From: an uncultured Acidobacteriota bacterium
GTDB taxonomy: Bacteria > Acidobacteriota > Thermoanaerobaculia > Gp7-AA8
Direction of reading: 5' to 3'
DNA length: 64,000 nt
Assembly (NCBI GenBank): GCA_963741955.1
Contig: CAVUKB010000010.1
Coordinates: forward strand, 320,001 to 384,000
The notes beneath the pieces are model-generated. The model saw only the letters and a list, made by a program, of their open reading frames with translations. It ran no database searches and had not been told where the DNA came from. How positions within the stretch are numbered: position 1 is the stretch's first letter; each line of letters opens with the position of its first letter. Shown here one piece after another: positions 59,749 to 64,000 of the stretch. The translations under genes were made by a program, and so were the position numbers.

Positions 59749-61272
59749 GGCTGAAGTTCGTGAGTTGCGTAGGCTGTACGAGGTGAATGACACGAGAGTG
59801 GTGATCAATTTTCAGGGTTGCCCCTCACCCTGCCCTCTCCCCGAAGTCGCTCCTCGGCTGAAGTTGGTGAGTGCGGACGGGGAGAGGGGAGACCGCGCGA
59901 GAGGCGCGGGTGTTGCCCTGAATGGAGATCTCGATCGACTCCCGAAGCCGCGAACGTTCAGCTCTCGCACGGCTCGCGCTCCCCTCTCCCCGTCCACGAT
60001 CACCACTTTGGAACAGGCTCGTTGTTCGGGGAGAGGGGCCAGGGGGTGAGGGGATGTTCATCGTGCATGTTGCGACGGCTGAAGTTCGTGAGTTGCGTGG
60101 GCTGTACGAGGTGAATGACACGAGAGTGGTGATCAATTTTCAGGGTTGCCCCTCACCCTGCCCTCTCCCCGAAGTCGCTCCTCGGCTGAAGTTGGTGAGT
60201 GCGGACGGGGAGAGGGGAGACCGCGCGAGAGGCGCGGGTGTGTCCTGAATGGAGATCTCGATCGACTCCCGAAGCCGCGAACGTTCAGCTCTCGCACGGC
60301 TCGCGCTCCCCTCTCCCCGTCCACGATCACCACTTTGGAACAGGCTCGTTGTTCGGGGAGAGGGGCCAGGGGGTGAGGGGATGTTCATCGTGCATGTTGC
60401 GACGGCTGAAGTTCGTGAGTTGCGTGGGCTGTACGAGGTGAATGACACGAGAGTGGTGCTCAATTTTCAGGGTCGCCCCTCACCCTCCCCTCTCCCCGAA
60501 GTCGCTCCTCGGCTGAAGTTGGTGAGTGCGGACGGGGAGAGGGGAGACCGCGCGAGAGGCGCGGGTGTGTCCTGAATGGAGATCTCGATCGACTCCCGAA
60601 GCCGCGAACGTTCAGCTCTCGCGCGGCTCGCGCTCCCCTCTCCCCGTCCACGATCACCACTTTGGAACAGGCTCGTTGTTCGGGGAGAGGGGCCAGGGGG
60701 TGAGGGGACGTTCATCGTGCATGCTGCGACGGCTGAAGTTCGTGAGTTGCGTGGGCTGTACGAGGTGAATGACACGAGAGTGGTGCTCAATTTTCAGGGT
60801 CGCCCCTCACCCTCCCCTCTCCCCGAAGTCGCTCCTCGGCTGAAGTTGGTGAGTGCGGACGGGGAGAGGGGAGACCGCGCGAGAGGCGCGGGTGTTGCCC
60901 TGAATGGAGATCTCGATCGACTCCCGAAGCCGCGAACGTTCAGCTCTCGCACGGCTCGCGCTCCCCTCTCCCCGTCCACGATCACCACTTTGGAACAGGC
61001 TCGTTGTTCGGGGAGAGGGGCCAGGGGGTGAGGGGACGTTCATCGTGCATGCTGCGACGGCTGAAGTTCGTGAGTTGCGTGGATTGTACGAGGTGAATGA
61101 CACGAGAGTGGTGATCAATTTTCAGGGTTGCCCCTCACCCTCCCCTCTCCCCGAAGTCGCTCCTCGGCTGAAGTTGGTGAGTGCGGACGGGGAGAGGGGA
61201 GACCGCGCGAGAGGCGCGGGTGTGTCCTGAATGGAGATCTCGATCGACTCCCGAAGCCGCGAACGTTCAGCT
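59749..61272. repeat. Tandem array of ~4.65 copies of a 327/328-bp unit containing two inverted BoxC/REP-like palindromes
   Basis: Units start at 59749, 60077, 60404, 60731 and 61059. Each has CCCCTCACCC..CCCTCTCCCCGAA..GGACGGGGAGAGGGGAG and its inverted counterpart CTCCCCTCTCCCCGTCC..TTCGGGGAGAGGG..GGGGTGAGGGG. Confidence 0.95.
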
Positions 61273-61360
61273 TCAGGACACGATCGGCGCGGCGGAATCC
61301 AAATGCGCGCTCCAAAGGCTCGGCGCGATTACGGGTGCGACCAGAGCCGGTCGCACCACC

Positions 61361-62578
61361 TCACTCGAATCGCAGTGCTTCGATCGGATTCAGAGCCGCC
61401 GCCTTTCGGGCCGGGTAGAAGCCGAAGAAGATGCCGACGGCAGCCGAGAAGCCGATCGCCACGAACACCATCATCGGAGAGACCTGAGTCGTCCATCCGG
61501 TGAAGTGGGCCACGATCCGCGCGCCGGCGAATCCGGTGACCAGACCGATGATTCCGCCGACGATGCTCATCACGATGCTCTCGACCAGGAACTGCGTCAG
61601 CACGTCTCCGCCGCGCGCACCGACGGCCATCCGGATCCCGATCTCACGCGTCCTCTCGGTCACCGAGACCAGCATGATGTTCATGATTCCGATGCCGCCC
61701 ACCAGAAGCGAGATCGAAGCGATGGCGGCGAGAAGCATGGTCATCACCTTGGTCGAGCTCTCCGCCGCCTCCGCCAGGTCAGTCTGATTGCGGACGGTGA
61801 AGTCGTCCGGCTCGCCGTCGTTCAACTTGTGTGCTTCACGCATGATCGTGCGCACCTGTTCCTGCGCGGCCGGAATCATGTCGGGGGAGCTCGTGCTCAC
61901 CAGGATCTGCGGAAGACGCCGGAACCCGCTCAGACGCGTCTGGAGCGTGGTGTACGGAATGAGGATCACGTCGTCCTGGTCGGTCCCGTTCGCGGTCTGT
62001 CCTTTTCGCGAAAGCACCCCGATGATGTCGAACACCGAATCGCGCAGCTGGAAGCGCTGCCCGACCGGGTCCATTCCGGAGAAGAGCTGATCCGCCACGG
62101 TCCGCCCGAGTACTGCGACTTTCCTCCGGGCACGTACGTCGTCCGTGGTGAAGAACGTCCCGCTGTCGAGCGGCCAGTCACGGATGTTCTGGTATCCGAC
62201 GTCGACGCCGTTGACTCGAGCTCGCCAGTTCGACGTGCCGCTCTTGGCTTGACCGAACGTGAATACCACCGGAGAGACGTAGGTCAGCAGATCACCTTCA
62301 CGCTGCAGCTTCGCCGCGTCGTCGAGCGAGATGCTGTTGACGCTTCCCGCGCCCTGGCTCACTCCTCCCTGATTGGAAGCGCCGGGAGTGATCACGATCA
62401 TGTTCGTACCGAGTCCGTTGATCTGATCGCGGATGGTCGAGCGTGCGCCCTGTCCGACCGCCACCATCACCAGGACCGCTGCGACACCGATGATGATGCC
62501 GAGCATGGTCAGAAGCGTGCGCATCTTGTTTTTGAGAATGCTCTGCCCTGCGACTTTCACCAGTACGGAAGGTTTCAT
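61361..62578 (-). CDS. MacB-family ABC transporter permease
   Basis: [58 protein letters not shown]. Confidence 0.95.
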   Translation of the reverse strand: MKPSVLVKVAGQSILKNKMRTLLTMLGIIIGVAAVLVMVAVGQGARSTIRDQINGLGTNMIVITPGASNQGGVSQGAGSVNSISLDDAAKLQREGDLLTYVSPVVFTFGQAKSGTSNWRARVNGVDVGYQNIRDWPLDSGTFFTTDDVRARRKVAVLGRTVADQLFSGMDPVGQRFQLRDSVFDIIGVLSRKGQTANGTDQDDVILIPYTTLQTRLSGFRRLPQILVSTSSPDMIPAAQEQVRTIMREAHKLNDGEPDDFTVRNQTDLAEAAESSTKVMTMLLAAIASISLLVGGIGIMNIMLVSVTERTREIGIRMAVGARGGDVLTQFLVESIVMSIVGGIIGLVTGFAGARIVAHFTGWTTQVSPMMVFVAIGFSAAVGIFFGFYPARKAAALNPIEALRFE

Positions 62579-63339
62579 GACGCCACCTCGTCGTCGTCGT
62601 CGATTGCCCCGAGAGCAGCGGCATCCGCAGCGGCATCCCTCCGCGACTGGACCGGATGATCCTTCCGGATCCTTCCGTCACGCACCTCGACGATCCGCTT
62701 TGCGTAGGCTGCGATGTCCGGCTCGTGGGTGACCAGGATGACGGTGATCCCCTGATCGTTGAGTTCCTGGAAGAGGGCCATCACTTCCACCGAGGTGTGG
62801 CTGTCGAGATTTCCGGTCGGTTCGTCGGCGAGGATCAGTGCCGGATCGGTCACCAGAGCCCGGGCGATCGCCACGCGCTGCTGCTGACCTCCGGAGAGCT
62901 CGTTCGACAGGTGGTTGCGCCGATCGACGAGTCCGACCCGTTCGAGGGCCTCACCGGCTTTCTTCGCCGTGTCGATACGCCGCCCGGAGCGGTCGTACAG
63001 GAGCGGGAGCTCCACATTGGAGAGCGCACTGGTTCTCGGCAGAAGGTTGAATCCCTGAAAGACGAATCCGATCTTGCGGTTCCTCACGTCGGCGAGCTCT
63101 TTCCTGGAGAGGCCGTCCACGCGGGTCCCGTCGAGGAAATAGGATCCACTGGTCGGGAGGTCGAGGCAGCCGAGTATGTTCATGAGCGTTGACTTACCCG
63201 ATCCGGAAGCTCCCATGACGGCGACCATCTCGCCCGGCTCCACGGTCAGCGAGACTCCGCGGAGCGCGTGCACCTCGTTGTGTCCCATCCGGTAGACCTT
63301 CTGCAGTGCTTCGGTTCGAATGACGTGATCTCTGTTCAT
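62575..63339 (-). CDS. MacB/LolD-type ABC transporter ATP-binding protein
   Basis: [38 protein letters not shown]; start MNRDH at 63339. Confidence 0.95.
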   Translation of the reverse strand: MNRDHVIRTEALQKVYRMGHNEVHALRGVSLTVEPGEMVAVMGASGSGKSTLMNILGCLDLPTSGSYFLDGTRVDGLSRKELADVRNRKIGFVFQGFNLLPRTSALSNVELPLLYDRSGRRIDTAKKAGEALERVGLVDRRNHLSNELSGGQQQRVAIARALVTDPALILADEPTGNLDSHTSVEVMALFQELNDQGITVILVTHEPDIAAYAKRIVEVRDGRIRKDHPVQSRRDAAADAAALGAIDDDDEVAS

Positions 63340-64000
63340 CAGAATGCTCCGGGAGGCCCGTGGCGCTGGCTGCGTTGCTGAGTGAACGGACCCGAGGTCT
63401 CCGTCGATGCGCTCTGCGATTGAGCCCCCATCCCGACGATCACCTGCATCCCTTCCTTGATGTTGCGTCCACGCACTTCGGTCGCGGTTCCATCGCTCAC
63501 TCCGGTCCGTGCCGGGGCCATGGAGATCTTTCCGCCGGGATCGACGATCCACAGCATCCCGAAATCGGCGGGGCGGTTGCCTCCGTTCCAGCGGCGTCCG
63601 GATCCGTTCCCCGGCGCGCCGTTTCCGCCGCGCGCGGTTCCGTTCCCTGTCCCGGTGGCTGCGTCAGAGCTGGTCGCGGCTCCCCCTGCGGCTGCCGCGG
63701 CCTTCTTCCGTTCCTCACGAATCTTTGCGATCACGTCCTCGGACGGGCGGAACCTCAGCGCCGCGTTCGGCACCTTCAGCACGTCCGAGACCGAATTGAC
63801 CAGGAAGTCGATGTTCGCGGTCATCCCCGGAAGAAGTTTTCCATCGGGATTCTCGACGTCGATCGGAACGGTGTAGTTGACGACGTTCTCCTGAACCGTC
63901 GACTGCAGCCGCACCTGGCGCACCTTTCCTTCGAACTTCTCGTTCGGCATCGATTGCACGGTGAACCGGACCTTCTGTCCCTCTTTGATCTGTGAGATGT
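63339..64000 (-). CDS. MacA-like periplasmic adaptor, 5' truncated by the window edge
   Basis: [48 protein letters not shown]. Confidence 0.85.
   Translation of the reverse strand, partial: ISQIKEGQKVRFTVQSMPNEKFEGKVRQVRLQSTVQENVVNYTVPIDVENPDGKLLPGMTANIDFLVNSVSDVLKVPNAALRFRPSEDVIAKIREERKKAAAAAGGAATSSDAATGTGNGTARGGNGAPGNGSGRRWNGGNRPADFGMLWIVDPGGKISMAPARTGVSDGTATEVRGRNIKEGMQVIVGMGAQSQSASTETSGPFTQQRSQRHGPPGAF

Noticed and set aside
59749-61272. Possible CRISPR array
   Set aside because: Whole 327-bp units repeat with no unique spacers, and there are no cas genes in the window.
59812-61418. Repeated 60-150 aa ORFs inside the tandem array
   Set aside because: They are translations of palindromic repeat DNA in several frames, with no recognisable domain or RBS.

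Overview
High-GC bacterial chromosome segment, probably Acidobacteriota (Thermoanaerobaculia-like). This is inferred from two acidobacterial-type VWA proteins, an SBBP-repeat protein and a 'PGxxGSxWxSEL' secreted domain. The main find is a translationally coupled respiratory nitrate reductase operon (6700-17634): narK, dihaem cytochrome c, narG, narH, narJ, narI, a PEWY-containing cytochrome b and a monohaem cytochrome c. NarI keeps all four haem His ligands but is fused in frame, through an internal twin-arginine helix and a helical linker, to a Rieske [2Fe-2S] domain. A cytoplasm-facing Nar therefore appears physically joined to a Rieske/cyt b (bc-like) complex, with a divergent NnrR-like Crp/Fnr regulator and a matching box upstream. 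The window also holds signalling genes, an RND pump, S8 and M13 peptidases, pqiABC, two decayed toxin-antitoxin modules, a cassette-like array of Rhs fragments with orphan ORFs and a RAYT remnant, a TcmP/DUF5131 pair and a polyphosphate cluster (CHAD, ppx with two frameshifts, sixA, ppk1). Non-coding repeats include several REP/MITE-like elements and a ~4.65-copy 327/328-bp tandem array. A MacAB-like exporter is cut by the window end. I recognised no rRNA, tRNA or CRISPR array. All family calls come from motif recognition by eye; no searches were run.
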